Shown here: piece after piece, positions 25,089-38,909 of the stretch
How positions within the stretch are numbered: the stretch's first letter is position 1
How the letters are laid out: every line of letters starts with the position of its first letter
Origin: Octopus sinensis
Lineage: Eukaryota
Assembly: GCF_006345805.1 (NCBI RefSeq)
Contig: NC_043006.1
Span: 80,662,001 to 80,726,000 of the forward strand
Direction: 5' to 3'
Length of the DNA stretch: 64,000 bases
Notes under the pieces: model-generated
The model's input: the letters and a program-made list of their open reading frames with translations, nothing else
Database searches by the model: none
What the model was told of the DNA's origin: nothing
Position numbers and translations under genes: made by a program

Positions 25089-25899
25089 TGTTGTGTGTGT
25101 GTGTGTCCGTGTGTGTTTGTGTCTGTGTGTGTGTGAGAGAGGGAGAAAGAGAGAGTGGGAGAGAGAGGGAGAGAGAGAGGGAGAGAGAGAGGGAGAGAGA
25201 GACAGGGTGTGTAAACATTTTATAAACTTTCGACAGAATGTGAAAGTTGCATATTCACACCCCCGCAACCTTTACTTGCTTTTCATAGTTTTTAAGTTTA
25301 TCTTTTATTATATTAGCTATTTTGTCTCTGTCCTCGGGTGTGGTTTCCTATTCCATTCATCCATCATTTTCTCTCTGAGCGTGTTAATCTATGTCTACAT
25401 ATATCTTCTCACCAGGTGTCAACGTTTATTCAACGTTTTTTTCCCTTTTTATCTCTTGCCTCACCATAAATTCTACCCTCTGACCCTCCATTGTTTCACG
25501 TTTTACCTTCATGTCCATCTGTCTATATTTCTTTTTCTATTATCTTCTCTGTAAGTTTCCAACATCTCGTTCCTCCTTGCATCGCGTATCTTGTTCACCT
25601 TTGTGTTATTATGTCTCTTAGTCATGTTTGTCTCGTATAGTTCCATAATGTTCTTTCTCTCAATCTATCCGTGCGTCGGTTTGTGTGTGTGTATATATAT
25701 ATGTAAATATATACAGAGACCCAGAACCACGCTATTAGCTTAAGTGTGAAATTTAGGAGTTCTTGGTTATCTGAGAATCGTTTTTGATAAAACTTTTCCC
25801 AGGTAGTTTTGCACACTATGGCAATACCGTTGTTATGTTTTTTTTTATTATTCTGTGTAATGTCCTTTCTTCTTTATTTCAGATTCTTCAGGATCGTGC

Positions 25900-26620
25900 T
25901 AAAAGCATCTCTCCATTCTGAGAACAGCGGAACGATGAAGAAAATTCTATCGTCATCAAGGAAAGTACTAAAGGCACCTCTCTTCATGTCATTGCGAAGA
26001 AGTTAGGTCGTCAACTGGACACGTTTAGACGCTTCCTCAAGGACCCTTCGACAAGGAAGAAACGATTCTATTGTGGGACCTCCAAAGCTGTGACAGACAG
26101 GGATTTAAGAAATAGTGGCCGCAAGTTACGTGGGAAACTTGGACAAACAAGCAAAGCCATTTTCACCGCCTCTGGACTTACTTATATACCGAAACCTCAG
26201 GAAATCGCGTCCTCGAGACCACGGCCTCGTTTAAGGCCCCCGTCAATGGACCCAAAAGTACATGAAGTTTGACATCAGTTGTGTTCTGTTCACTGACGAA
26301 ACCAGAGTGACTCTTGAAGGACCTGACGGTCAGTCAAATGGTTGGGTCTATTTTGACGATGAGCGTCCTCAACGTTCAGGACGTCAACAACAGTGTGGAG
26401 TTGTCATGTTGTGGACTGGTATCATTAGGGACAGACCTGTTGGCCTAGTCAGAGTGCCTGAAGGGCTTAAAGCGATCTCAGCCAAAGTCTCCTGAAAGAG
26501 GCATTGGATCCCTGGCTAGTTGACATACCACTGTCACTTCTAAGGAATCTTGTATTCATGCATGACAACGCTCCCGTCCACTCTGCTAGGACCACCCAAA
26601 CGTTACTGAAAAAAAAAACA
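25900..26620 (+). mobile_element. Degenerate Tc1-like transposase
   Basis: VLFTDETRVTLEGPDG, RQQQCGVVMLWTGI and FMHDNAPVH in successive broken ORFs. Confidence 0.8.
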
Positions 26621-26842
26621 ATGTCTAGACGGGCCATTTTCATTCAAAAGCTATTAACGTGGTCCACCCACAAATTGAAGAATCTGAAATTAAAATAGAA
26701 AGGACGTTACACAGAATAATGAAAACAGCACTAGTGCTACCATAGTGTGAAAACCAGGTTTTATCAAAATGATTCACAGAAAACCGAGGAATCCTAAATC
26801 TCACTCATGCTAGTGTAGCATGGTTCTGGGTGTATATATGTA

Positions 26843-26939
<97 letters not shown>

Positions 26940-26959
26940 CAATATGTTACATTACTCGG

Positions 26960-28905
26960 TAGTCAAGATAAAACTCTGAGTTTCAGATGCCGAAGCGGAA
27001 ATCCACAACATCATCTCTTCGGTTATCTGGCTATTTGAAAACGTTATGAAAAAATACCGTTAAAAATGAAGGGAAATTACTCTGTTATAACTCTGCTTTG
27101 CCTGCGTACTTATACATCGCTCGCATTTTTCGTCATAAAAATTGTATAAAAATACATAAAAATATATAAAAATATATAAAAATATATAAAGTCTTCTTGG
27201 GACATAACACAGAAAGCATGTTCTATCCGTTTTCTTTAGGGGACCAAAAACGTAACAGAAATTTAGTCACATGTGGGCATGATCCGAAAAGCTCTGTCCT
27301 TGTATTTAGACATGTGGTAGGGTCTAAGCTGCTTTTCCAGATAAGCCATCTCTCCATGTCGCATAAACCGCACCGTCCGCTGCCGTTAGTATAGGGCTTA
27401 CATCTGGCCAAAATCTTCCATTGTATGTTATAATCGATACCTTTATCTCTTAAAGACCAAATATGATGGATAATTGTGTCGCTTTTCTTTTGTTCCAGTG
27501 CCTAAAGCTCAAAGTGTGGTTATTGAACCTGGCCTTGAAATTACCCTCTGTCAGGCCCACGTATTTCTTTGTCGAAACGGTGTCTTTAGTGGTTATAGAG
27601 TTTACGGTAGCTTCATATATGATGGTCTTGGACATGCAAGCTCCATTTAGCGGGCACAATTCTTTATTCCTGCATGAACAGCTGTTTTCTTCTTGTGTTT
27701 TTTGTATGTTATGATTGATTATGTTTTTAAAATTGGTAGTTGAACTAAAACTAATTTTTAAATTGTGTCTATTGAAGAGTTTCCTATAAGCATGGTTAAC
27801 TGGAATATGTCTATCTATCAGTGCTAGGAAATATTTACCTATATTGAAGGCCACCAGATGACCTTCCTATTTCTATTATTCCTTTTCCTTATTGTTGGGC
27901 TGGTGATAGGTGTATATTTTATTTTTTCGCTAAAACCACTATCTTTTAAAGCTTTATTATAAACTGGGGCAACGCTATTGAAGATGTCCTCATTAGATGA
28001 GAGGCTAGAAATCCTCTTACTAATATTTTTAACTAAATTTTTGAATACTATAGGGGGATGGCATGAACCTACATTAATATAACTTAGTCTATCATTGGGC
28101 TTCCTATAAGGCTTATAAATATTATTATTAAGATCTAAGGAAACGTCTAAGAAATTGACAACCGTCAGGTTAGTGTCTATAGTTATACTAAGTCCGAAGT
28201 GTTTCATTAACTGGATAATATCCTTCCTAAAACGATCTTGTGCTGGTCCATTTGTATTAGCTGTTAAGGCGAGGGCATCATCTTTGTAGATGGCGAAATG
28301 TACGTTAGGGAATGTCTTACCGAAGGTATCTAGGAGAAAGAGTCCAATTAGATCACAGATGCCTGCCCCATCATATGAACCCATGCTCACATCGAAAGCG
28401 CCCTCCGTGTCGGTGTTTTTTACCCACTTTGCATTCTCACTGAAAAGTAATGTCTTTCTAGCATGGAAGATTATATCCTTATCATTGGTACTAATTTCTA
28501 TGAAGTCACTAGCGAAGATTAGGGCTTTATCTAGCAGTTCTTTAGAGATAGAGGCATAAAAATCAACAATATCGAATTGTGTAAACCTCGCTTTTTTCTT
28601 ATTCTTAATAGCTTTAAACCAGTCTACGACTTCTATACTATTGGACCATTGCACTAGCCTAGTATCGGTCTTAATTTTCGTATTTATTTTATCTAAAATT
28701 TCTTTGCTAATAATCCCTAGTTCTGACTTGGCTGGGTTGATAAGCCTACATTTAGGGTTGGAAAGGAAGTTTTCTTTGTGATCTTTAATAGTAATAAAGG
28801 CCTCTTTTTGGGGGAGGGTTTCTATTTTTTTATCTAATTTAAGTTTAGCGGCGATGACGCTAGCTTCTTTATTAATTTCGTTATATGTCTGTACCCTAGC
28901 CTTAG
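26960..28905 (-). mobile_element. Penelope-like element (Naiad-type), 5'-truncated, two frameshifts, flanked by (TA)n
   Basis: RT: KDHKENF..NPKCRLINPAKSELG, FDIVDFYASI, FDVSMGSYDGA, YKDDALA. Endonuclease: CSCRNKELCPLNGAC, IYEATV, YVGLTEG.FKARF.NH, RCGLC, LNTRTEL..SCPH. Confidence 0.92.
26966..27028 (-). ncRNA. Hammerhead motif (U4C variant) at the PLE 3' end
   Basis: Minus strand AGATAA-CCGAAGA-GATG[..]CATC-T-GAAA-CTC[A]GAG-TT-TTATCT; stem I 6 bp perfect. Confidence 0.6.
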
Positions 28906-29782
28906 TATTTTATCAATATATATATATATATATATTATATTGTATCATATATTATATTATATATATATATATTATATATATAATATATATATATATATAT
29001 TATATTGTATCATATATTATATTATATATATATATATATATATGTACATGACAGATGAGCTATGCTCTCCTTTTCCCTCTTATTGTTGTCCCCTGATTAA
29101 TTAACGCAAACACATCTTTGGTGACTCATTGACAGAAGGTTAAACGCAGATCTTGCAGCAGCGATATTTAGCGGTTAAAAGCAACGGCAGTAACGTATTT
29201 AATGAATTATTTCATTGTGAAAGCTGTCAATAAAAAGCAATTATTCTTGTTTAACATCATCCAAACCTAACACTACGCGCGCGCACGCACTCACACGAGT
29301 GCAAACAAGCACATTTATTTATAACATCGGCACATAGGAGAGTAAGCACTTCAACTGAAGATGGTATGCTTTTCTTTGTGCTTCTGAGTGTTAGAGAAAT
29401 CTTGTATGAAGCAAAATTACTGAGCGGAATTTGGGTAGTAGAATTGTTTGACAAGCTTATGCGTTGGGCTACACTCTTAGTTACATACTGAGGTGTTCTG
29501 GAAGTGATCACCAAAAATGGATACTACTTTAATCCTATATGTACTTCATTGGAAATTATATAAGCAATGCAGTAAATAAACCAGTTGCGGGGAGATGAAT
29601 TAAAAGGTAGCTGAGGTAAAAGTTTCTTAGTTGAATTACTTTGAAAGAATCGATGTGTAAGACAGGTGATTCTATTATTAGAAAGATTTGGATCGATTTC
29701 CGGGTTGGACAATAAAACAAACAAAAAGGAAAAGTAAAAGAAAAAAGGCGTTTGAAAGGGAAAAGGGAAGTTGTGAAGATAA

Positions 29783-30310
29783 TCTATTATATAAAATCCG
29801 TTCTGTCTGTCTGTGTGTGTGTCTTCTAGGATCTCGGGCATCCTCCATCTGATTGCGCTCAAATTTGACATGTCGATACCGACGGTATCAGGACATGTAT
29901 AAGTCTTGAAAAAAATTACAAAAATCGATTCCAGGTGAGAATGCGATAGATAAAGCCGTGGAAACGTGCATTTGTACGCGCAAGTACATCAGCTGTTGTA
30001 GAAAAATGGACGTGCAGCTTGCGCAGAAAAGCCGGCTGGCTTGAAATAATGCCACAAATTGCAGTATATTTAAGAGACCAAAGGAGTAAGATGCAAAAGA
30101 AGTATTTTCTTCAAACTTGGCATGAAGGAAGGAAAGATTATTTGGTTTCTCAAGAAGTTCTTTTTTTGCCTTAACTTCGTTTAACAAAACCAAAAATTGT
30201 ATTGAAATAAAGGCAAGCTTAATTATTTTTTAATGAAAAGAAAACACTGATTGCTTTTTATTCAGCAGCTATGATTCAGCACCATCCATTGGACGGGGGC
30301 GTTTTGCTCG
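29783..30310 (+). mobile_element. Non-autonomous Helitron (~528 bp)
   Basis: A|TCTATTATATAAAA 5' end; 3' hairpin CCATCCATTGGACGG then CTCG|T (degenerate CTAG); A/T insertion site. Confidence 0.65.
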
Positions 30311-31364
30311 TATATTATTAAGAAGGAAGCTGTCGGGTTGTTTATAATACAGAGGGTAGTCATATTGTTACCAAAAATGGCAGCTATTCTTGTTACAAAC
30401 TTCAAGATTATTGCTGAATCCCAGAATTAATTGCGTGAATTAAATGAGTAAGAAATAAAACATCCCGAAATTATTTCTCAAGTTGAAGTTTCTAGAATAT
30501 TCTCCTCTTATTCGTAATATAGCTTCATGTCTTCATATTCCTCACGTCAGCAAAATTTAGTTTCATATTCGTGACGTCAGTACCAATATAATCTCCCGAA
30601 CATCTGAAATTAAATGACAGCGTTTCAATAATCTGTAAATTACTAAGGGTCGTCTCAGATACTTATTCAGTATTTCCACTGTGTGGGTGGCTTTATTTAA
30701 ACATCCAGGCTTCATCATTACTAAAGTGAAGTAATAAGTTGTCATAAATATCAACTCTAAGAGGTTTCCAAATATAAGTCGTAATCACACAACATGAAAG
30801 AAACTGTGTTCGGTAACATCTTGTTCTTTATGAGTTCTTTGGCAACTTCAAACTATTTATGTTCTGCTGCACTGTTAGGGGTATTAGATATTTGATAAAC
30901 TGTCAATCGATTACTTTTAACACAGTTTCCCAGATGAGTCTTTATGAAAAAGAATGGAATGGTAATTTTCAGACGTTTATTATTGATTAAAAAAAGAAAA
31001 ATCTCACCTCGGCGACATTCGTTTTCAGTCGGGAGCAAAATGTGTTCAAGTGTGTGAAACAGCTAAGTGCTTTATTTATAACAACTTTATTTACCTAAAA
31101 TGATTATAGAATCACATATACTTTTAGAATGGCAAGTGAAATGTATCAACAGCAATTCCTCTAAATAGTGTTCTTGTATTACGCCGGGACGGTTCCAAAT
31201 TCATAAATGGTACAATTTCTGGGATTTGGGTATTTAAACATTGCATAGGTTATTGTTGTTATTATTTAGCCCTGGTTCAGTTCGCGTGAACTAATCTTAT
31301 CAATTAAAAACTTTCCAGTCGTGGCCATCGTATTCAGGCATACTGTATCTATGACCATTCAGGA

Positions 31365-31673
31365 GCACTCCATCGGTTGCGACGACGAGGGTCCCAGCTG
31401 ATACAATCAACAGAACAGCTTGCACGTGAAATTAACGTGTAAGTGGCTGAGCAAACCACAAACACATGTACCCATAACGTTATTCCCGGGGAGATTTAGC
31501 GTGACAGTGTGTGACAAGGATGGCCCTTTGAAATACAGGTATTACCCATTTTAGCCAGCTGAATGGACTGGAGCAATGTGAAATAAAGTGTCTTGCTCAA
31601 GGACACAATGCGCCGCCGGAAATTGAACTCACGACCTTACGATCGTGAGCCTAATGCCCCTAACCACTAAGCT
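31365..31673 (-). mobile_element. tRNA-headed SINE family A-related
   Basis: Reverse complement of the head (GAGTTCAATTTCC B-box) and of the tail shared with 12008-12370. Confidence 0.8.
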
Positions 31674-31689
31674 ACTATTAAAGACAGTA

Positions 31690-31920
31690 AGACATGTTTT
31701 ACGACATCATAGGTCACCTCCCGACCAGGGAGTTGTTGTTTGCCAAGAAGCATCCGGGTATTTGTGGTTTGTCGGGTATTCTTGGACGAATTCGTCTAAG
31801 TATAGCCTGAATATTATGGGGTCTTTTTCTTCTGTCACGTCTTTCGGAATAACTTTGAATAAATCAATACCTGTTGAAGTAAAATATGTCGCAATGAAAT
31901 GTAATATGACATTGATATTT
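31690..31920 (-). mobile_element. CR1/L2-group LINE 3' remnant
   Basis: Minus translation GIDLFKVIPKDVTEEKDPIIFRLYLDEFVQEYP resembles the G..LFN..P....F...LD.F...PD C-terminus. Confidence 0.55.
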
Positions 31921-32116
31921 ATAGAGAGCTTATGATTATGACCACTAAAACGAAAATGATGGGTAACACCCGAAAGAAATCTTCAATGGATCTAGAAAGA
32001 GAAATAGGAAGAGGGGACAAAATGGTGACGGTCAAGCTACGCATCCGGTGGCGAAAAGGCTGAGAGATGGGAAAATTAACCACGTGCCACGTATGGGCAG
32101 TACGTAGGAGGGAAGG

Positions 32117-32520
32117 ATTATTATTATTATTATTATTATTAAGATTGGTGAAAGATACCCAACACCCAAGTACCAATCTCAAAATTCTAGCTCCCCCAAA
32201 AGAGCATGTTTTGGGAATGCTCTGCTTCAAGTCAATTCCAATTTGTCCGATATACTTCTCGAATTTGATTGTTAGTGTTCCGAGTGCTCCTACAACTACC
32301 GGGGTAACGGTTATTCTTATTGCTCACATTCTTGCAATTTTGTCTTTTAGCATTTTGCATTTTTTCAACTATTCCGGCTCTTTCTCGCCTACGTGTACAT
32401 CCCCAAGTATGGCAATATCTATGATAATATTTACCTTTTTCTTCCTTCTATATACTACAAAAATGTCTGGTTTCCGAGCATCAACTAGGAAGTCACATTG
32501 GATCGTAAAATCCCACAAGA
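32117..32520 (-). mobile_element. R4/Dong-type (RLE) non-LTR retrotransposon 3' fragment ending in (TAA)n
   Basis: Minus translation ILWDFTIQCD..ARKPDI..IDIAI...EKE....VVVGALGT...ARILRLVL is a restriction-like endonuclease domain. Confidence 0.8.
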
Positions 32521-32640
32521 TATTATTATTATTGTTCTAAATGACGTCTTCTGGTAATGTTTGTGCCATTTACCTGTTCTAAGACCGTTCTTTTCGTACA
32601 ATCTCCAATGAACAAAGCCATGTTATCGGTGCCTCCATTT

Positions 32641-32642
<2 letters not shown>

Positions 32643-32708
<66 letters not shown>

Positions 32709-32732
32709 AACAATAACAACATTAATAATAAT
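32643..32732. repeat. (TTA)n/(AAC)n microsatellite
   Basis: Direct reading. Confidence 0.97.
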
Positions 32733-32744
32733 GGAATAACAACA

Positions 32745-33290
32745 GAAAAAAGTTGGTATGGGCACACCTCAGGAAAGGTCACAAAAAATGAGAAAGCAAC
32801 CATACTCTGGGATATGTCAATATACACAGGCAGGGAAATCAAGGTTAATAGGCCGGATATAGTTGTCAGAGATCATTAACAAAAAATCAAAGAATGCTCC
32901 CTAATCGATGTATCAAGACTAACAGATGACAACGTTTCTCTAAAAGAAATGGATAAACTTTCAAACTACAAAGATTTGGAAATAGAGCTAACTCGAATGT
33001 GGAACCTAAAGACAAAATCAATTCCTATTATTGTAGGCACATTAGGTACAAAATATTCAGACAAATAGATAACAAAACACCATGGCTCACAAGTACATAT
33101 AGCATACAGAAAATAGCACTACTAGGCACCGCATACAGCCTACGTAAAGCACTTTCAGAAGAGTGAATTTAAGAGCACTACAACAAACCACAGTATATAA
33201 CCATGGCGTAGAGCTGCGCTCGGTAGTGGAGTGAAAGCACGTGATAAAAATAACACTACTGAATAATAATACTAATTATAATAATACTGC
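32745..33290 (+). mobile_element. R4/Dong-type (RLE) non-LTR retrotransposon 3' fragment
   Basis: ATILWDMSI...NRPDIVV...LIDVS...KEMDKLSNYKDLEIELTRMW..IIVGTLG; tail AATAATAAT. Confidence 0.85.
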
Positions 33291-34438
33291 GAACTAGAAG
33301 AATCGTTAGCACGCCAGGCATTTATATTGTTTTCTTTATATTGCTTATGCAAGGGTGAATAATCAGTATTAGAAACTTATTGACATATCTGGTACCACTA
33401 AGGAAATTTAAATGTAATTTTAACGTTATCAAAAGCTTTCTTATAATAAAAAATATCAAGAAAATACTGGATGTGATCTTCGTTTCCTTTTTTTTATATA
33501 TATACTTTTCCGATATTTTGATGCAAAAATCATTTAGCAAAAATAGATTCCCAAAGCGTGTAGAAAAAGAAAAAGAAAACCTCTATTAAAAGAGACAAAA
33601 TACAACTTTTGACAGCAGTAAAACTTATCAGAAGAATATAATTGAAAATATCCATAATTTCTGACAGCAATGGAATATTGGTTCATCTATAATACTGAAG
33701 AAAGCAAAGGTCATTTACGTCAAGTCAATCGGTTGATTGACCACGTCGTCGTTACAAATAGCAGATTTTAATTTCTTATTTCTGATACAATGTAGACCAA
33801 ATAAGTGAAAGTGGAATCGTGAGTGCAAAGATGCCATCCTTTTTTAATGTTAACCAAAGCAGAATAACAAAAACGGCAGTTACTTTTGGGTTCTGGTCTT
33901 GGACATGTATCCATACATCCATACATCCATCCATCCATCGATCTAACTGCTGTTATTTGTTATTCTTTTATGCTTCCGGTCACTTGCTTGATTTAATTAT
34001 TGGACTTAGACTATACTTGCTGATCTGCCTTGAAACTTCAGTCCATGAAATCCACCCTGTACATATGTTAAGACTGCTACTTATTCCATCAGTCTCTTTT
34101 TGCCGAACAAGCCTTACACTGGTTGTCAAGGCTGGTTTCCCGGTTCCTGTGGCGTTCCGTCGCAGGATTACTCATTTTTGCCAGCTGAGTGAACTGGCGC
34201 AAAAAAGAAAAGTGCTTCGTTAAGGAAGAAAATGTATCACCCGGTCTTACGATTATGAGTCCACTAAGGAATAATATGAGGTACTTTTATTCTTTAGGTT
34301 GTGTACATGGCTAGCTAGTGAGGGAGAATTATTGGTTTTAAAGAATGTAAATGAGTTAAGGTAAGCTAAAAAGCCACGTTTAAAGTTAGCCATTACACAA
34401 ATATATAGTTTAATGGAGTCTTCTGCTCGTCAAGTGTC

Positions 34439-34521
<83 letters not shown>

Positions 34522-36002
34522 GCACGACAGATTTCTTTCAGTTTCCGACTAATAAATCCATTCACAAGGCTTTGGTAAATCCGAGGCTATAGTAGAAAAC
34601 ACTTGCCCAAGGTGCCATGCAATGGGGCAAAACCTGGAATCATGCGGTTAGGAAGCAAGCTTTTTACCACGCACCCACGCCTGCGCCTATATATATATAT
34701 ATGATATATATCTTTACACCCCCAACACATATATAAGCATGTGTACTGGTACACATATATTATTAGCGTCTCTGTATGATACAAATGCAATTTATCTTAA
34801 ATAAGGTCACCGAAAACAATAACGGTGTCGGGTTATAAATCTTAAAGTTTTCCCGAGAATATAAATTATATTCTGAGTGCGAATGTCGGACTTTGAATTA
34901 ATATTTGATAACTCTCTAAATCACCAGACAGTCAAAAATTTATAAATAGGTGTATTTACTACATTGATCGTCTATCAGAATTTGCCTGGCGCCATTGTGA
35001 GCTGCTTTAAGATATAAAGCTAATTTTAGGATGATACTATACATAGAATGTCGCGACTAAAATATATTAAAAAAAAGTGATCTCAAGTGGTTTATCGAAG
35101 TATTTGTACTTTACTGTAAATGAATGCCTACTGTGGAAAGGTGGGATAATATATTTTTGTGATTTTTAACTTGAAGTGTCTATCATCTGCTACGAAGCGA
35201 TGCTAATTTCCTGTGTTGCTGACGTATGGTTTAAGAAGTATTCATTTCCTGTTCGGAACCTTTTCACTTCACTTATTTAATTATCATACATGGGAAAATT
35301 TTGAAGGATATAGCTTTGATTATAATTCTCTTGAAACGCTTTTGTCCTTATTGTATCACAAGGAAAATAACAGCAAATTATTCCAGCATCTTTCCTCTTT
35401 TGAGACGCTATATTTAAGCTAAATTCAGAACGGAACCGGACGCTATTAAAAATGCGTTCTACCGACAATTTAAACAAAGTGAGTGGGTAAGAAAGATTTC
35501 TTCATCTAGACAATACATGTGTCATGTAGCAAAAGAATAATCTCCCTTGACATTGTCAAAATTCATCATTAAAATAGACATAACATGTTTCCAGCAACCA
35601 GAAACATGCAACCAGAAACGAGCACTCAATGTATTGGGCGTGCAAAAAGTTATTGATAGTATGTCGACCAATTTAAAACTTTCAAATTTAGCCTAATCCT
35701 AATTTAGAAAACGTATATATGTACATACATACCTGTTATTAGCATGTAAAAATTACCTCTTAAAGGGTAATTTTCTATTTTAAAATAGGAATATGTTGTC
35801 TCTTGACTATTTATATATGCTAAGCCACTGGTGGTGATATTTATAACGAATATTCGCCACGCTATAGATGTATCTTATGTATATATATATACACACACAT
35901 ACATACATACATACATACATACATACATACATACATACATACACACATACATACATACATACATATTTGACTGAAACAAGTAAAAGAGAATAAAAGATAT
36001 AT

Positions 36003-37110
36003 ATATATATATATAAAATATTATTAGAGACAAAACCACTATTTTGCAAAACAAACAAGGAAAGACTTAATCAATACATAAAATTTTAATAAATAGTAAA
36101 AAAAACCGCCACTACAATTGTTTCTTGTCTTGATCGACAATCTTCAGGTGGACTTCCAATCTAAAATATCAATATTTTAAAATATAAAAATAATAATTTT
36201 AAAATAATTAAAGTATGAATGAAAAAATATAAATATATAATCCATATATAACCTATATATAATCCATATATAATCAATATATAAACAATATATAAACTAA
36301 AATAAACCTATCAACAATTAAATATAAAATATAAAATATAAAATATAAAACAAAACAAAAAAATAATAATAATATAATAATAAACTATATATACACCCAT
36401 ACACATATACCTAATTATATATAACCATATCTAACTACATACACTAATCACACACCTATATATATATCCCTATACATACACATAAAAACGTCTAGGCAAC
36501 TATAAATAAATAAAATAGCTAAATACTTCAACACAATACTTATTCATACTCCCACGCACACACACATACAACCCACATTCACGCTCTAGAAAACGGACAT
36601 CACTTAAAATTATGAACGGAGAAATGGAATAAATGGAATTAAAAATTATATTCACTTGGTAAAACGAACACTACTTAAAAATTATGAATGAAACAATGCA
36701 ATAAAACAACAGACATCGCAAATAGACACAAATTACTACGAATTCCTTAACAAACCTACCATGATAAACCAAAACTCATAAAAACATATAATGATAAAAT
36801 CTCCCTTTACTAAACTCTATAACATACCTATATAGCAATCCCCCTAACCTAAACATTCACACACAAATACACACACGTAAACCACACACCCACGACATAT
36901 ACAAATACCCACACCACTTACACATACCTATACATACATATAAACCTCAACATATACTCCAAAAACCCACTCAACCCCACACAGACAAATAAACACAAAA
37001 ATTATGAATGGATTCTTTTATAAAACTACCATGATAAGCTAAAACTCACAAAACATATATGATAAAACCTCCCTTTACTAAACACTATAACATACTTATA
37101 TAGCAATCCC
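36003..37110 (-). mobile_element. Non-coding PLE-derived element with a hammerhead and an internal ~270-bp duplication
   Basis: Hammerhead at 36109-36151; the tail after it is related to the tail at 16901-17044; 36755-36845 repeats at 37026-37110; (TA)n flanks. Confidence 0.65.
36109..36151 (-). ncRNA. Minimal type I hammerhead ribozyme motif, canonical core (43 nt)
   Basis: Minus strand CCAC-CTGAAGA-TTGTC[GATCAA]GACAA-GAAA-CAATTG-TA-GTGG; all stems perfect; ACAATTGT palindrome; GUA site. Confidence 0.8.
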
Positions 37111-37112
37111 TT

Positions 37113-37180
<68 letters not shown>

Positions 37181-37184
37181 TATA

Positions 37185-37645
37185 TCTTTTATTCTCTTTT
37201 ACTTATTTCAGTCATTTGACTGTGGCCATGCTGGAGCACCGCCTTTAGTCGAGCAAAGCGACCCTAGGACTTATTCTTTGTAAGCCTAGTACTTATTCTA
37301 TCGGTCTCTTTTGCCGAACCGCTATGTTACGGGGACGTAAACACACCAGCATCGGTTGTCAAGCGATGTTGGGGGGACAAACACAGACACACAAACATAT
37401 AAATACACATACATGTATATATACATACATATATACGACAGGCTTCTTTCGGTTTCCGTCTACCAAATCCATTCACAAAGCTTTGGTCGGCCCGAGGCTA
37501 TGGCAGAAGGCACTTGCCCAAAGTGGGACTGAACCCGAGGCTATAGTTAAAGACACTTGCCCAAGGTCCCACGTAGTGGGACTGAACCCGGAACCATGTG
37601 GTTGGTAGGCAATCTACATACCACACAGCAACTCCTGCGCCTATA
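37185..37645 (-). mobile_element. SINE family B, full length, with a short internal head duplication
   Basis: Colinear with 18925-19390; ACACTTGCCCAA...GTGGGACTGAACCCG occurs twice (37510-37590). Confidence 0.88.
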
Positions 37646-38099
37646 TATATATATAAAGGTAGTCAGAATGTTGAATGCTTATATATATATTTTTATTTAC
37701 ATTTTAGGCGTTTTCTTTTGGATTTATCAAAATTGTGGTTTACAGTAAGTTTGCTTCGTCTTTTTTTATATAAATTTGAAACTGATGATATTTTAGAAAG
37801 GTAGAGAGACAGAGGGAAAGAGTGGGGGGAGAGGGATAGAGGGGCGGGAGAGAGAGAGAGGGGAATAAATTAGAAAGAGAGGTGCAGCTATGAGAGAGGA
37901 GGTGAGAGTGGGAGATTGTGAAGATCGAGAAGAGGAAAGCAAGTGGGAGTGTGTTTTGGGATTTTGGGAAGGGAGAAAAAAGAAAAAAAGAAAAAGTTTG
38001 AGAGGAAGGGGAGGTAAATGAGGGAGTGGATTTTGTATCAGTGTGGTCACACGTCTTTGATTAAAATTCAATATGTTGTTTTTTGTTTTCCACTTAGAG

Positions 38100-38790
38100 G
38101 AATAGATCAAAAGAAGAACTACGAACATTTCACAATATCCTCAACACGCTTATCCCGTCTATCAAATTCACAACAGAAACCAGCTGCAATGAACTACCAT
38201 TTCTAGCCATTCACATCAAAATACACATCTCCACTGTTACAACAAGCACATTTACATTTTACTAAAAAAACGGACACAGACCATTATTCAAATTTCTAAT
38301 TTTACCACTCCTCATACGTCAAAAGGGACATCCCATACAGTATGGCAAGACGCATCTGCACCGTAGTGATCGGCCCACAAATACGCCAAATAAGACTTGA
38401 CTAACTCAAATACTTCCTACAAGTACAAAATTTCCCCGTGAAACTAATAAATAATGGAATCTGGAAAGCAATGAAATTAGACATCATACGACTAAGGACT
38501 CCAAAAAAAGAAAAAACGCAAGGAACATACTATTCCATTAATACACACAGGCCTGGAATAACCAACATTTTCCACGTTATACGATCAAACTTACCAATAC
38601 TCGTACAAACTAAAAGAAGCAGCACATATGCTAGGACACAACCTCCTAAGTAGACAGAGTGCAGATATGAACAGCATATGGGAACCGATATTAAGGAAGG
38701 ATAGGAGAATATTAGATTTATAAGCACTCAAATTCACTTAGATTTATAAGCACTCAAATTTCCCAAAATTTACACCTGATGAAGGCTGGA
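38100..38790 (+). mobile_element. Degenerate Penelope-like RT C-terminal fragment
   Basis: LNTLIPSIKFTTE...ELPFL, KTDT.HY, KRDIPYSMARRICT; ends with a half hammerhead CTGATGA-A-GGCTG at 38776. Confidence 0.75.
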
Positions 38791-38865
38791 GGGTGTATAA
38801 TTCCTTAAATATGGAACTGTACCTTGTTATTCCCAAAATGTACATCTGCAGATCTCTTCCAAAAT

Positions 38866-38902
<37 letters not shown>

Positions 38903-38909
<7 letters not shown>

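Noticed and set aside
27197-27854. Selenocysteine recoding or programmed frameshifting in the Naiad-type PLE
   Set aside because: The endonuclease Cys motifs translate as ordinary Cys with no in-frame TGA, and the frame breaks look like ordinary small deletions.
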